Virus record (IMG/VR): IMGVR_UViG_3300025327_001907
Location: 1-54,401 of that record
From: a virus
Lineage: Duplodnaviria; Caudoviricetes
Reading direction: 5' to 3' (one strand)
DNA length: 54,401 nt
Positions 9,358 to 18,987 of the stretch are shown here, piece by piece. How positions within the stretch are numbered: the first letter of the stretch is position 1; each line of letters starts with the position of its first letter. The notes beneath the pieces are model-generated. The model made no database searches. It had not been told where the DNA came from and saw only the letters and a program-made list of their open reading frames with translations. The translations under genes were made by a program, and so were the position numbers.

Positions 9358-9822
9358 CTATTCGGAGCGGCCGGCTGACCACTCCATGCGATCCCTGTTA
9401 TTGATGGCGATCAGGGCGCTGAGGCGTTGTTCGAGGGCACGCCGGACGACACCGAGGATGGCGGCGTCACGCCGGGCCTGGATGAGAATGTCGAGTCTGT
9501 CCTGATACTTGTCATCCCGAGTAATCTGCTTTTCGATCTGCTTCTCGGTAATCTTTTCGCGGGTCTGGCGGGCGTCGGCCCGGATCGCCTCGTCCAGCTC
9601 GGCCTCAACGTAATCCAGACGCCGACGTTCGACTTCAGCGGTGACGGCCGCTTCTTCGGCGAGCGTGCTCCAGAATGCGTACAGAGACGCCTGTTCGGCA
9701 AGCTGGTCGGGAACGTGAGTCTCGTCGATGCGTAGCGCCTCGTAGACCTCGTTCAAGTCGTAGATGGCGGCGTCGAGCGTAATCTTGGAATCGACCGGGA
9801 GTCCCTTGATGCGGTCAGGCAT
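9358..9822 (-). CDS. UvsY-like recombination mediator
   Basis: Helical 154 aa with KITEKQIE motif; adjacent to SSB and RecA; GGAGG RBS. Confidence 0.65.
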   Translation of the reverse strand: MPDRIKGLPVDSKITLDAAIYDLNEVYEALRIDETHVPDQLAEQASLYAFWSTLAEEAAVTAEVERRRLDYVEAELDEAIRADARQTREKITEKQIEKQITRDDKYQDRLDILIQARRDAAILGVVRRALEQRLSALIAINNRDRMEWSAGRSE

Positions 9823-10513
9823 TGGAGCCTCCATGTCGGTACTGTCCCGCGTTGCAGTACAGATCGGGATAGAGGTTGGCATAGAACTCGTGGATGTCGG
9901 GCATCTCGTCTGCGGTAACCGGCTCGCCGCTGAGGAATCCGATGACCTCCGCGGTCAGCTCCGGCAGGTTGCCGAACTTTGAGACGAACGACGCATCCTT
10001 GGGGTATGCCTGCCACTCCTGTTCACTGGGGTGACTGAGCAGCAGGTCAATCTTCTGGGGTGAAGTCCCGTGGTCATGGAGGTACTCCATGAGTTCTACG
10101 CGAGACATCGATAGCTCGACGATGCGAAACCCTTGCGCGCGAAGCATGTCCAGTTCGTTCGTGAAACGGGCGTCGGTGGCGACGAATCGGCTGGCCTTCT
10201 GCCCCGAGATCAGCGCAGCGGTCTGGCGAACCCAGTAGTCCGGGTCTTGACTTCGGCGGTATTCGGTTCCCCACCACTGCAAAATGGGGCGTACGAGTGG
10301 TTTGTACTGGTTGAGCCGTTCTGGCGTCCAGAAAGCCTCGGGCTCGCCCGGAATACCGGGTTGGACGCTGTTGAGAGCCTGGCAGACTTCAGACTTGAGT
10401 GCGTCCGCAAACGAGACGCGACGAAATCCGTAGGTCTCCGTGAGGTAAGCAGCGACGGAATCCTTCCCACTTCGCATCCAGCCCACGAGGGCCACGTTGG
10501 GGAGGGTTTTCAT
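9815..10513 (-). CDS. deoxynucleoside monophosphate kinase
   Basis: GWMRSGKDS, SFADALK, LQWWGTE, DARFTNE. Confidence 0.88.
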   Translation of the reverse strand: MKTLPNVALVGWMRSGKDSVAAYLTETYGFRRVSFADALKSEVCQALNSVQPGIPGEPEAFWTPERLNQYKPLVRPILQWWGTEYRRSQDPDYWVRQTAALISGQKASRFVATDARFTNELDMLRAQGFRIVELSMSRVELMEYLHDHGTSPQKIDLLLSHPSEQEWQAYPKDASFVSKFGNLPELTAEVIGFLSGEPVTADEMPDIHEFYANLYPDLYCNAGQYRHGGSNA

Positions 10514-11040
10514 TGATTCACTGCCTCCAAGAACTGCGCCACGGAATCGACGACCTGGAAATGCTCCTCGGACTGTGAGAGCCAAAGTTCCTGTGTATTC
10601 CACGGCCGACGAAGAATCACGGCCGTTCGTCCTCCAAGCGCGATCTGCATCGCGTGTGGAATGCGATCGGTCAGGTGGTTCGTGATTTCGTTCTCCCGCA
10701 TGGCGCGGGCCTTGTCCATTGTCAGGATGACGTGGCGGGCATCGCTGGAGGGGAGGCGCTGCTTTGCGAGCCATTCCCGCGTGAGCACATGCATCCGGTT
10801 CGTTATAGGCCGACTCGCGAGCCAGAAGATGGCATGGCCGCGGCCGTGGAAGCCACGTAGGGCTTTCCTGTCGGCCGGGGTCAACACGCACGTCAGACCA
10901 CTCCAGAACTCCGCCTCGTGATCATCGATCCAAGCGTCGAGCAGCTCGTAGCTGGTGGTAACGTTGAGTTGCTTGGCAAGCGCGGCGACAGCCTGGTTGA
11001 AGCCAGCCGTCACGCCGTCTACGTCGAGGGAAACTCGCAC
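10510..11040 (-). CDS. HAD-family 5'(3')-deoxyribonucleotidase-like protein
   Basis: LDVDGV motif I, ASR, TREWL, RPWN. Confidence 0.75.
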   Translation of the reverse strand: MRVSLDVDGVTAGFNQAVAALAKQLNVTTSYELLDAWIDDHEAEFWSGLTCVLTPADRKALRGFHGRGHAIFWLASRPITNRMHVLTREWLAKQRLPSSDARHVILTMDKARAMRENEITNHLTDRIPHAMQIALGGRTAVILRRPWNTQELWLSQSEEHFQVVDSVAQFLEAVNQ

Positions 11041-11270
11041 TGCTCTTCCTCGCCACCGGGCCTTGGCGCCTCAAGGTGATATCGCCAAGATTTCACGCGC
11101 AGGCCGGTCTTACCCTGCAACGATAAAAAGTGCGTCGCTTTTTCGCAAGCGGCCGCGGAATCCTCGGCAGGAATACTGTTGACCCAGCACTGAAGCCGGA
11201 AGCCAGTGCGTTCACCGGGATGCGTTCCCGGCGGAAGGTGCCCCACGAGCACGTCGAATAGCTTGAGCAT
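11019..11270 (-). CDS. hypothetical protein
   Basis: AGGAGG RBS; fills operon gap. Confidence 0.6.
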   Translation of the reverse strand: MLKLFDVLVGHLPPGTHPGERTGFRLQCWVNSIPAEDSAAACEKATHFLSLQGKTGLRVKSWRYHLEAPRPGGEEEQCEFPST

Positions 11271-11279
11271 GATGTCCTC

Positions 11280-13571
11280 CTACCCGCGAGTTCTGAGTTC
11301 CTCCACGAAGTCTTCGGCGGTGTTCTTTCGAATAACCTCGGCGCGTTCGAGTGAGTCCATGAGGCGGTTAAATGTGGTGCTTCCCCAGCGCGAGAACCGC
11401 TTCTGTAGGTTCCGACGGCTGGCGGAGCCGTGTTCGCGGATGAACGCGAGAATCTCGCCCTCCATCTGGGCGTCATGAGACGCCAGCAAGGAATCCACGA
11501 GGCGCAGGCTGACGTTGGCGGTGAAGCGGGCGAGACAGAAACCAATCTCGACATCTTCCACGTCGATCGTGGTCTCCTCCTGGTTGGCGGATGTGACGGC
11601 GCAGGCGGCAAGGATGAGCGCGAATTTGCAGGCGTACTCAGTCGTGCGCTCCGTGGCGGCCAATTGGCTGACCGAGAATGTCGCCGACTTCGCTTCCCAT
11701 TCGTTGAACAGTTCCACCCAGCGCTGTTCCGCATCCTTCGTGAACGTGAAGTTGATCGGCTTCAGCGACCTCTCCGCGCCCTCGAAACGTTTGAACACGC
11801 GTTGCAGGAAGTCGATGAGTTTGTCAATCGCATCCTGATCCGGGACTTGGGGAAGGGCGATCGCCTCGCGCAGGGGGCCTTCTACGAATAGAAGACGGTT
11901 TCCGAACCCGCTGTGCCAGTCCTCTTCAGAGAAGTGTCGCCCGAGGAATTCGGGCGTACTGCCACTCAAGATGCTGACGTAGGGGTGAACGATGACGAGG
12001 GGTTTGTTCCTTGTTGGAAGGCGGAGCTGTTCCGGTGTGTTGAAGACGTTGAGCAGTGTGGGGATCATGGTGGAGCCGCCGGGGCCGCCACCCTTCGCCT
12101 TCGCCAGCAGCGTTGTGAATTCATCTTGAAGAATCAGCGCGCGGCGATGGAGCTTATCGTAGAGACGTTCCTCCCCGATGATCTCGTTGTTCTTGTCGCG
12201 CTTCCTGCTGGTTTGTCCCATCGCAGCGCGGATGACATCAAGCTCTTCAGGGTCAGCATCGGCGAACGCCAAATCCTGAAGCAGACCCTCGGCGCTTCCT
12301 CCTGCGGACGAGATCCGCAGGCTGCCGTCGATGTAGTGTGCAACCCCCTCAACCGCCCACGACATCGCCGTGGACTTCTTGGCGCGCCCGGTGGGGCCGA
12401 TCAGGCACGTGTACTGGTTCGGGAAAATCTGGCGCCCGTAGAAGGCAGCAATCCGGCGGCCGAGTACGGCCCCGATGACGTTCATGAGGGAGAAGTAGTG
12501 AAACTCGGCCGGCGCAGAAGTCGTGTGCTTCAGGGCCTCCGCGTATGTCAGAAAGGGGTCAACCCAACCATCTTCGGAGAGAGCGGACACCTCAGGAGCG
12601 GCAGGCCGCTCGCGCTCTGATTCCACACGCACATTGACGGTGTAGCTACGGCTCTCGCAAGTCGAGAGGATGGACTCAAACGCGTCTTTGTCGCCCCGAA
12701 CATGCACCCAGAGGTCACTCAAGTCGAAGCCCTTCTTCGACTTCGCCAACTCATCCGGGAGGTCGAGTATCGTGGCACCAATCCCTTCACGAGACAGAAA
12801 ATTCGCCAGCTTCGACGATCCTTCGCGGCCCGCAGCGTCCACGTCGTAGATGATGATGGCGTCCTTCACGCCCTTGTCGAGAAGGCGACTGACTGCGCGG
12901 GTACTCGGCAAACTGCCCTCGCCGGCCACGAAACTGATAGCTGGAAACCCGTTGAAGTGCATCACCCACGCGTCAGGCGGCCCGGCGCAGACGTAGACGG
13001 TCGGACTGTTCACCCGCCAGAGGTTGTAGACGAGATCCTTAGCAGCGAACTTCTCGCCCTTGAACGTCGGCTGCCATGCATACTTGGGGCGGTTGGTCTG
13101 ATCGGGTTGGAGCCAGCGTCCACGCTTGAAGATGCGGTGATCAGTGTGAAAGAGGCTGGTTTCATCCTCGATAGCCGGATCGACCCAGGGATCGCACCCG
13201 GCGATGGAATAGCCGCCAGGGCTCTTGCCCACGTCGAACTCATCAATGAGCCAGTCCCGCGGAAGTAACCGGCTCTCGGCGAGGTCACCAACCACGTCCT
13301 TTGGCTTGGTGCCGTGACGACGTGCGGCCGAGTCAAGCGCCAGTTCCAGCAACTCGTTCAAGTTGGAACCGACCTCGCATCCTGCCATGCACCGGATACC
13401 CCCATCCGTGACATTGATGCGCAAGGAGGGAGAACTGTCGGAGTGAAGAGGACAGTGAACGCTCAACCATCCTTCTTCGTTGGAGTCGAGATCGCAGTCG
13501 GACGTGTCGAGCCAGCGGAGATCGAGAATCTCTTGCCAGACTTCCGGCCAAGGTTTGAACTTCGGTGCCAC
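11280..13571 (-). CDS. primase-helicase (CHC2 Zn finger, TOPRIM, DUF3987-like P-loop ATPase, C-terminal wHTH)
   Basis: CPLHSDSSPS..CMAGC; YDVDAAG; GPTGRAKKST; ILQDEF; SGFGNR. Confidence 0.85.
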   Translation of the reverse strand: MAPKFKPWPEVWQEILDLRWLDTSDCDLDSNEEGWLSVHCPLHSDSSPSLRINVTDGGIRCMAGCEVGSNLNELLELALDSAARRHGTKPKDVVGDLAESRLLPRDWLIDEFDVGKSPGGYSIAGCDPWVDPAIEDETSLFHTDHRIFKRGRWLQPDQTNRPKYAWQPTFKGEKFAAKDLVYNLWRVNSPTVYVCAGPPDAWVMHFNGFPAISFVAGEGSLPSTRAVSRLLDKGVKDAIIIYDVDAAGREGSSKLANFLSREGIGATILDLPDELAKSKKGFDLSDLWVHVRGDKDAFESILSTCESRSYTVNVRVESERERPAAPEVSALSEDGWVDPFLTYAEALKHTTSAPAEFHYFSLMNVIGAVLGRRIAAFYGRQIFPNQYTCLIGPTGRAKKSTAMSWAVEGVAHYIDGSLRISSAGGSAEGLLQDLAFADADPEELDVIRAAMGQTSRKRDKNNEIIGEERLYDKLHRRALILQDEFTTLLAKAKGGGPGGSTMIPTLLNVFNTPEQLRLPTRNKPLVIVHPYVSILSGSTPEFLGRHFSEEDWHSGFGNRLLFVEGPLREAIALPQVPDQDAIDKLIDFLQRVFKRFEGAERSLKPINFTFTKDAEQRWVELFNEWEAKSATFSVSQLAATERTTEYACKFALILAACAVTSANQEETTIDVEDVEIGFCLARFTANVSLRLVDSLLASHDAQMEGEILAFIREHGSASRRNLQKRFSRWGSTTFNRLMDSLERAEVIRKNTAEDFVEELRTRG

Positions 13572-13579
13572 AGAGAGTC

Positions 13580-13840
13580 CTACTCAGTCAGGTCGAGGTC
13601 TTCGGCGTACACATCGAAGGAAGCGCCGCAGGGTTGGAGGCGCTCCGGCGCGATAAGAGCGAGGCGTACGGCGTCCTGTTCAGACTTTGCGTTCACAAGA
13701 TAATGTCGGGTCTCCGTCACGACCACCACGTAATTCGGTTCTAGGCGAGGCTCGACGGGCGACAACGCAGGATCGGGTGGTGGGGCCGTGTCGTCTACTT
13801 TCACCGCCGTTGTGGGTTCAGACAGTGCAACTGCTACCAT
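13580..13840 (-). CDS. hypothetical protein
   Basis: In-operon ORF with GGAGG RBS. Confidence 0.6.
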   Translation of the reverse strand: MVAVALSEPTTAVKVDDTAPPPDPALSPVEPRLEPNYVVVVTETRHYLVNAKSEQDAVRLALIAPERLQPCGASFDVYAEDLDLTE

Positions 13841-13841
13841 C

Positions 13842-14477
13842 TCAGCCTCCCGATGGGTGAGCCTTGGGCAAGACAGTGCCGCCCTTGTTCTGAAACTCCG
13901 AGGCCAGCCGTGTCAGGTGATACTCAAAGTATTTGATCTCGACGGGCTCCCCCGCGCCCCGGTGCTGGAACCACCAGGCCGCGATCTGTTTCAAGCTCTC
14001 CAGTGTGTACGCACGTAACATTCGATCCACGAAGAACGTATCGCGCGTCTTTCCGCGGCTGGGGCGCGGGTAGGTGATGTCGGTGTAGCGGTCGCAGAGT
14101 TCACACCAGTGATTGACGAACTCCCAGACCGACTTCCACGGACTCACGGGGATAGCCTTGCGGGCCGGTGCCGGCGTACCCTCAACCACCTCGGGGACAA
14201 CACCCAGCGAGAGATGCGGAGGATCGTCCTCAACATCGAATGTCGCGAAGCCCCGATCCACAAGTTCAAGGATGCTCTTGCGGAACCGGGCCTTGGACAT
14301 ACCGAAGAAGTGGATGAGAGATTCGGCATCGACGTGGACGCCGGAGAAGTCATTACCCGTCAGCCCTTCGTAAAGGGCGCCCGCCTCAGGAGATAGGGCC
14401 AGCTTCCAATAGGACTCCCACTGCGGCGGCAGGGGCACGAGCGGCTGGTCATGCGTAACTAAGAACGATGCCCCCAC
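13842..14477 (-). CDS. winged-helix DNA-binding protein (replication initiator-like or transcription regulator)
   Basis: LSPEAGALY...FGMSKARFRKSILELVDRGF wHTH pattern. Confidence 0.6.
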   Translation of the reverse strand: MGASFLVTHDQPLVPLPPQWESYWKLALSPEAGALYEGLTGNDFSGVHVDAESLIHFFGMSKARFRKSILELVDRGFATFDVEDDPPHLSLGVVPEVVEGTPAPARKAIPVSPWKSVWEFVNHWCELCDRYTDITYPRPSRGKTRDTFFVDRMLRAYTLESLKQIAAWWFQHRGAGEPVEIKYFEYHLTRLASEFQNKGGTVLPKAHPSGG

Positions 14478-16144
14478 GTTTCCCTCGCTTGCGGCGTGCG
14501 CAAATCTCCCGCGGCCAGTCTAGCTCGCAATTCCGAAACGGGCAAAATATTGCAGGAATACCCGGCTTTCCGAACAGCCTCCCGGCGTTCCTCACTGTGG
14601 TCGAGGAGCTTGAGTGAATGGCTGTCATTGAAGTCGAACGTCGGGAGATAGTCCTTCCCCTCGGAGAGCCGGAGGCCCCGTCCGATCCGCTGAATCTGCT
14701 TGTGGTGGGCGCGCATGCCACCCGCGAGGATGAGCGCGCCGATCTCCGGCACATCCACGCCCTCGTCAAGCCAGGTCGTGCCGATCAACACATCAATCTT
14801 GCCGCGGGCCAGCGCTCGAAGCAGAGTCTTGCGTTCATCCGTGCCTGTGCCGCTGCCAGGCACGAATTCAGCTTCCAGCCCCGCCTGACGTAGGTTCCGT
14901 TCCAACCATCGGCCCTGCTCGATACGTTGAAGCAGGATGAGTGTCGGCGCCTTCCATTTGCCCGCCACGGTTGCGGCAATCTCAACGATCAGCCGGTTCC
15001 GGCCCTCGTGCCGGACGATGCCCTCATCGTAGGCCCACTTGAACGAGAAATCCTCAGAGAACGGGGGGAACTCCGCATCGATAAAGACCACGTACGGGCG
15101 AGTTAGGTAACCCTCTTCAATGGCGGCGGTGGCGGAAAATGAGAAGATGATCTCACCCGTCGCCCCGACCACTTTCAGCTCTGTAGCCTTGTCCGACTTG
15201 AAGGCTGTGGCGGAATAGCCGTAACGTCTCGGGGCCGGGCAGGCGTTCACGACGGGCCACCACGTTTCGGCGGCGACTCGGTGGGTCTCATCAAGATGGA
15301 TGGCTTCGATCGTCGCGAGCCACGCCTCGACCGACTCCACGTCCGAGTAGTCCAGCAGGCCGTGACACTTGCGGGGCCGTGCCTGACTGTCGGCATAGGT
15401 TCGCCGGCAGTAGCGTTTGTCACGCTCTCCGGCCTCCCCGCAGGAAGAACAGGTGGGAGTCAATCGGCGGGCGAGCGTCTGGTAGAGCGCGGCCGTGATA
15501 AGTCCGCGCTGGTCAATATTGTCGCCCACGATGCCATAGAGAGGTTCTCTCGAATGTGGAAACGCGAGAGAGTCCTGGAACCGCTCAATAGTCTGATGGG
15601 CGAGATCGCGGGACGCCACCATGATGAGAGAACGAGCCGCGTCGCGGCGGATGACTTCTCCTAAAATGACTGTCTTGCCAGTACCAGTAGCGCTCTCAAA
15701 TACGCCGCGGCCGTGCTCGATGGCCCGGTTGACCGCTTCGACCTGGTAAGGACGTAGGTCTAGATCGGATGTGCCGCCAGCAAGTTGGGGCTCACCCTCA
15801 AGAGGAAGCGTTCGATCCTCATACTCCACCACGACCCCTTGACCGCGAAGATGGGCCACGGCCCGGTCGGCCAGCCCCCCAGGGAATGTGCCGTCGCGTT
15901 TGAGAAGACGGATGTAACCATCCCACTTCCCGGCCTTGTACAAGGGCATGAAATAGTAGCCCTCGACGCGATAGCGGAGGAGGCGGTTGACGGCCTCCCG
16001 AACGGGCTCCCAGCGGGTATGGAGCTTCGCATCCAGCTCGTTGCGGACAATGCGGGCTGTAGCGCCTTCGGGGATGATGACCGGAGCCTCGGCCTTGTGC
16101 TTCTTGCCGGGCCGCCAATAACGGTTTGGTGATTTTTTCGCCAT
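14459..16144 (-). CDS. SF2 helicase, UvsW-like
   Basis: LRPYQ, ATGTGKT, LDETH, YSAT, EGVDVP, QRIGRGLR. Confidence 0.9.
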   Translation of the reverse strand: MAKKSPNRYWRPGKKHKAEAPVIIPEGATARIVRNELDAKLHTRWEPVREAVNRLLRYRVEGYYFMPLYKAGKWDGYIRLLKRDGTFPGGLADRAVAHLRGQGVVVEYEDRTLPLEGEPQLAGGTSDLDLRPYQVEAVNRAIEHGRGVFESATGTGKTVILGEVIRRDAARSLIMVASRDLAHQTIERFQDSLAFPHSREPLYGIVGDNIDQRGLITAALYQTLARRLTPTCSSCGEAGERDKRYCRRTYADSQARPRKCHGLLDYSDVESVEAWLATIEAIHLDETHRVAAETWWPVVNACPAPRRYGYSATAFKSDKATELKVVGATGEIIFSFSATAAIEEGYLTRPYVVFIDAEFPPFSEDFSFKWAYDEGIVRHEGRNRLIVEIAATVAGKWKAPTLILLQRIEQGRWLERNLRQAGLEAEFVPGSGTGTDERKTLLRALARGKIDVLIGTTWLDEGVDVPEIGALILAGGMRAHHKQIQRIGRGLRLSEGKDYLPTFDFNDSHSLKLLDHSEERREAVRKAGYSCNILPVSELRARLAAGDLRTPQARETWGHRS

Positions 16145-16153
16145 GTCCGTACA

Positions 16154-16175
16154 ATTCTACGCACGCTTGAGAAAT
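16154..16175 (-). promoter_or_regulatory. class I promoter (ATTT-N12-TAGAAT) heading the replication operon
   Basis: 9 nt upstream of the helicase ATG. Confidence 0.65.
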
Positions 16176-16189
16176 CTCGGGAGGGACTC

Positions 16190-16489
16190 ATGACAGGAAA
16201 CAACCAGAGACCGGAGGCGGCAGAGGACATCCGCCGCTTCGTCGATCCAACCGGGTACCGGAACACGCTCAATCAGGCGAAGAGCCACCTGATCGATCAG
16301 GTGAACGCCATCTTCGTCGATATCGATCTGATAACCGAGAACCCCCACATGACTGCGACGGAGCGTCTCGACTCCATCGCGGCGCTCGAACGCCGGTGCC
16401 GCGATCTCAACTGGCGCATTGAGGAGGTCGCGCGTCGAATTAAGCGGTTCGACGGGGTACAGGCGGAAGCTGCGGGCAAAACATCGTGA
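16190..16489 (+). CDS. hypothetical helical protein
   Basis: GGGAGG RBS; fills gap. Confidence 0.65.
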   Translation: MTGNNQRPEAAEDIRRFVDPTGYRNTLNQAKSHLIDQVNAIFVDIDLITENPHMTATERLDSIAALERRCRDLNWRIEEVARRIKRFDGVQAEAAGKTS

Positions 16490-16824
16490 GCCAAGAGCGG
16501 TACCGGGACTGGGGGCCGCTAGAACTTCCACCATCCGACGCAGATCGAGAAACACTCCGCCGGCACTTCCTTTTGGTGGCCGACCGTTTTGCCTGTTGTC
16601 CACATGATGTCGCACTTGGCACCTGTCAGGGATGCGGAAACACCGCACCCGAGGGTGGCCTAACGCATGGACGCCACGACAAGGCGGGACGCAATCGATA
16701 CTGTTCCGCCATCTGTGAAGCCACCGCGGAACGGTATCGGGCGCTCCTGCATAGGAATCGACCTGCCACGCCTTCTGCGCCATCAGAGGTTCACATTCCC
16801 GAGGCACCACCACTCACTTGTTGA
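16486..16824 (+). CDS. hypothetical Cys-rich (Zn-binding) protein
   Basis: GTGA coupling; CQGC...YCSAIC. Confidence 0.55.
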   Translation: MSQERYRDWGPLELPPSDADRETLRRHFLLVADRFACCPHDVALGTCQGCGNTAPEGGLTHGRHDKAGRNRYCSAICEATAERYRALLHRNRPATPSAPSEVHIPEAPPLTC

Positions 16825-18984
16825 TGCTTTCCAGCGGTACGTCGCCGAGTCCCGCGGCCCCAGCGTCAGGTTGGCCGCGCCAGGCAACCGCAGCGTAGAC
16901 CCGGCCAACACCGTCTCGTCTTGCAGCACGATGTTGTCGGCGCTGTCAACGTTCGTGATCGTCAAGAGCTGCCCGTCCGCCACGCCCGCCGCGATCGTCG
17001 GCGTCGAGGTCAGCGTCAGACTCGCGCCCGTCGAGTTGTCTACGTCTTGCAGCCGCGACGAGCTGCCGATCGTATTCCCCGCCGCGGCGAGCGTCTGCGC
17101 CGTTGGTGTGTACGCCATCTTCCCCGCGCTGCGGAACTCGATGTTCACGCTCGCCGCCGTGTACTTGGCAATGTCGATGCCGAGACACGTAGTAACGCCC
17201 GTCGCGTTGGTAGGCGCGGCGAGATAGATATCTCGCGCTATATTAACCGTGTAGGCCGAATGCCAACGCAGCGCACGGAAGTAGAGTCCGAAGTAGTTTG
17301 TAACAGCAACCACACTCGAACCCGAAGGGCGGCTGCCGCCTTCGATCTGAACGCCAACAACGTCGGTCACGGTTCCAACTGTGGCGGGCGACGAAACGTC
17401 TATCACCATCGGGGAGACCTGGATGCCGCGCAGGAGCGCTATCGCACCGTCCTGCCGGTCACGATTCTCGAAGAACCCGCCACTTATCGTGGCAAGAGTG
17501 ACGCCTGTAGGAGAAGCAAGCACCGCCTGGAAGTACAGTGAGCGGAACTCCGCCAACGAGTTTGAGGTGGGAGCGATTACTGGGGTGAAGAAGAACGGAA
17601 CCGTCGCGCCGGATGCCGTATTCGTGAACGTACCCGCCACGTTGAGGATAAGTCCCGTGAACTGTCCGAAAGTCGTATTACCGACAGACAGGCGCGTCGA
17701 TGTAAGATCGCCAGCCGCGATGTTGGCCGGTACCGAGAGGCTGCCGATCCAAGCGTAGCCCACCGTCCTCAACCACGTCGGGCCAAGGTGGGCGTACTCT
17801 GTGCCTAGAATGTCCATGAAGCGGAACTGGTTGCCGTAAGCATCGAGACGCTTGTGCTCGTCGGCCACATCGTTCGCTTCGAGAATCAGGATGCCGGGGT
17901 CGGTCTGGTCGCCGCAGGCGTAGAGCACACCGCGCTTCACTGTGGAGTCGGGGACGCCCGCGTACCAGTAGGCCGCGTTACCTACAGCCTCAATCGCGCC
18001 GTACTGCACGCTCCCAATCTGGAACTGGAAACGGTCAGCCACCTGGTTGTAGATCAGCGCGTCCCCGGTGTCGAAAGCGATGGAGGCAAGACTGGCCCCC
18101 TGCGTCAGCACAAAGCCGGAGCTGTTTACGACATAGAGAGCACCTACCGTGAGGTCGCCGGCCGCCACAGCCGCGGGTGCGGTAACCCCTCCGACCCGCA
18201 GATAGCCACCGACCCGCAAGCTGTCTGGAGTAGCGAACACGTCAGCCGCGGCTCTGTAGAGCTGTGCGTCCCCTCCAACCAGCAATCCCCCACCACTCCC
18301 CTGCGTTGGAAGGTTCAAACGTCCCGATGTTTCTTCAAAAACGAATAGGCTGGCCGATCCAAGAACCACGTTACCATCGAGTGCGGCACCGTTTCCACGA
18401 ATCGTAATTCCGTCACCCGAGACCGTACCGCCACGCAAGGTTTGTCCGCCGGCGCGGCCGGCCAGCAGAGCGTACTGGGCGTGGTCATCGTCGCTGAGAC
18501 CGCCGAGAGAGCCGTGGTCGTTTGACCAAGCATTGGCGGTTAGATAAGCACGGCGATCGCTGACAGACGTGATCGCACCGCTGGACGTAACGACGATTGC
18601 CAAAGGAACACCAGTAGCCGGGAATCCGACCGTACCGTCAACAACCGTGCCCGTATTGTCCACATAGACGTAGTTGGTCGAGTTGTCTGTCAGAGTAAGA
18701 GAGCCGGCGGCGATGTCGTAGAAAACACCCAGTACCCAGACTTGGACTTGTTCGAAGTCCACGTCCAGACCCGTATCGGCGGTGACGCGCCCCGATCTCG
18801 TGTGCTTCGATCCATACAGGACGTGGGCGCCTGCCTCGAAGACCGGGCTCGTGCCGCCACTTCCTGGGATGGCGACGATCTCCCGGCCGTCGAAGTTGCG
18901 GACGACAAGGCTCTTCAGCCGCTCGATCTCATCGAGAGCGTAGGCGACGAGGTTCTCGTGTCGCTGGGCCGGTTGCCGTCGCAT
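16783..18984 (-). CDS. tail fibre / receptor-binding protein
   Basis: Gly/Thr/Ala-rich beta character, DHGSLGGLSDDDHAQY motif; last gene of tail module. Confidence 0.75.
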   Translation of the reverse strand: MRRQPAQRHENLVAYALDEIERLKSLVVRNFDGREIVAIPGSGGTSPVFEAGAHVLYGSKHTRSGRVTADTGLDVDFEQVQVWVLGVFYDIAAGSLTLTDNSTNYVYVDNTGTVVDGTVGFPATGVPLAIVVTSSGAITSVSDRRAYLTANAWSNDHGSLGGLSDDDHAQYALLAGRAGGQTLRGGTVSGDGITIRGNGAALDGNVVLGSASLFVFEETSGRLNLPTQGSGGGLLVGGDAQLYRAAADVFATPDSLRVGGYLRVGGVTAPAAVAAGDLTVGALYVVNSSGFVLTQGASLASIAFDTGDALIYNQVADRFQFQIGSVQYGAIEAVGNAAYWYAGVPDSTVKRGVLYACGDQTDPGILILEANDVADEHKRLDAYGNQFRFMDILGTEYAHLGPTWLRTVGYAWIGSLSVPANIAAGDLTSTRLSVGNTTFGQFTGLILNVAGTFTNTASGATVPFFFTPVIAPTSNSLAEFRSLYFQAVLASPTGVTLATISGGFFENRDRQDGAIALLRGIQVSPMVIDVSSPATVGTVTDVVGVQIEGGSRPSGSSVVAVTNYFGLYFRALRWHSAYTVNIARDIYLAAPTNATGVTTCLGIDIAKYTAASVNIEFRSAGKMAYTPTAQTLAAAGNTIGSSSRLQDVDNSTGASLTLTSTPTIAAGVADGQLLTITNVDSADNIVLQDETVLAGSTLRLPGAANLTLGPRDSATYRWKASTSEWWCLGNVNL

Positions 18985-18987
18985 GTC

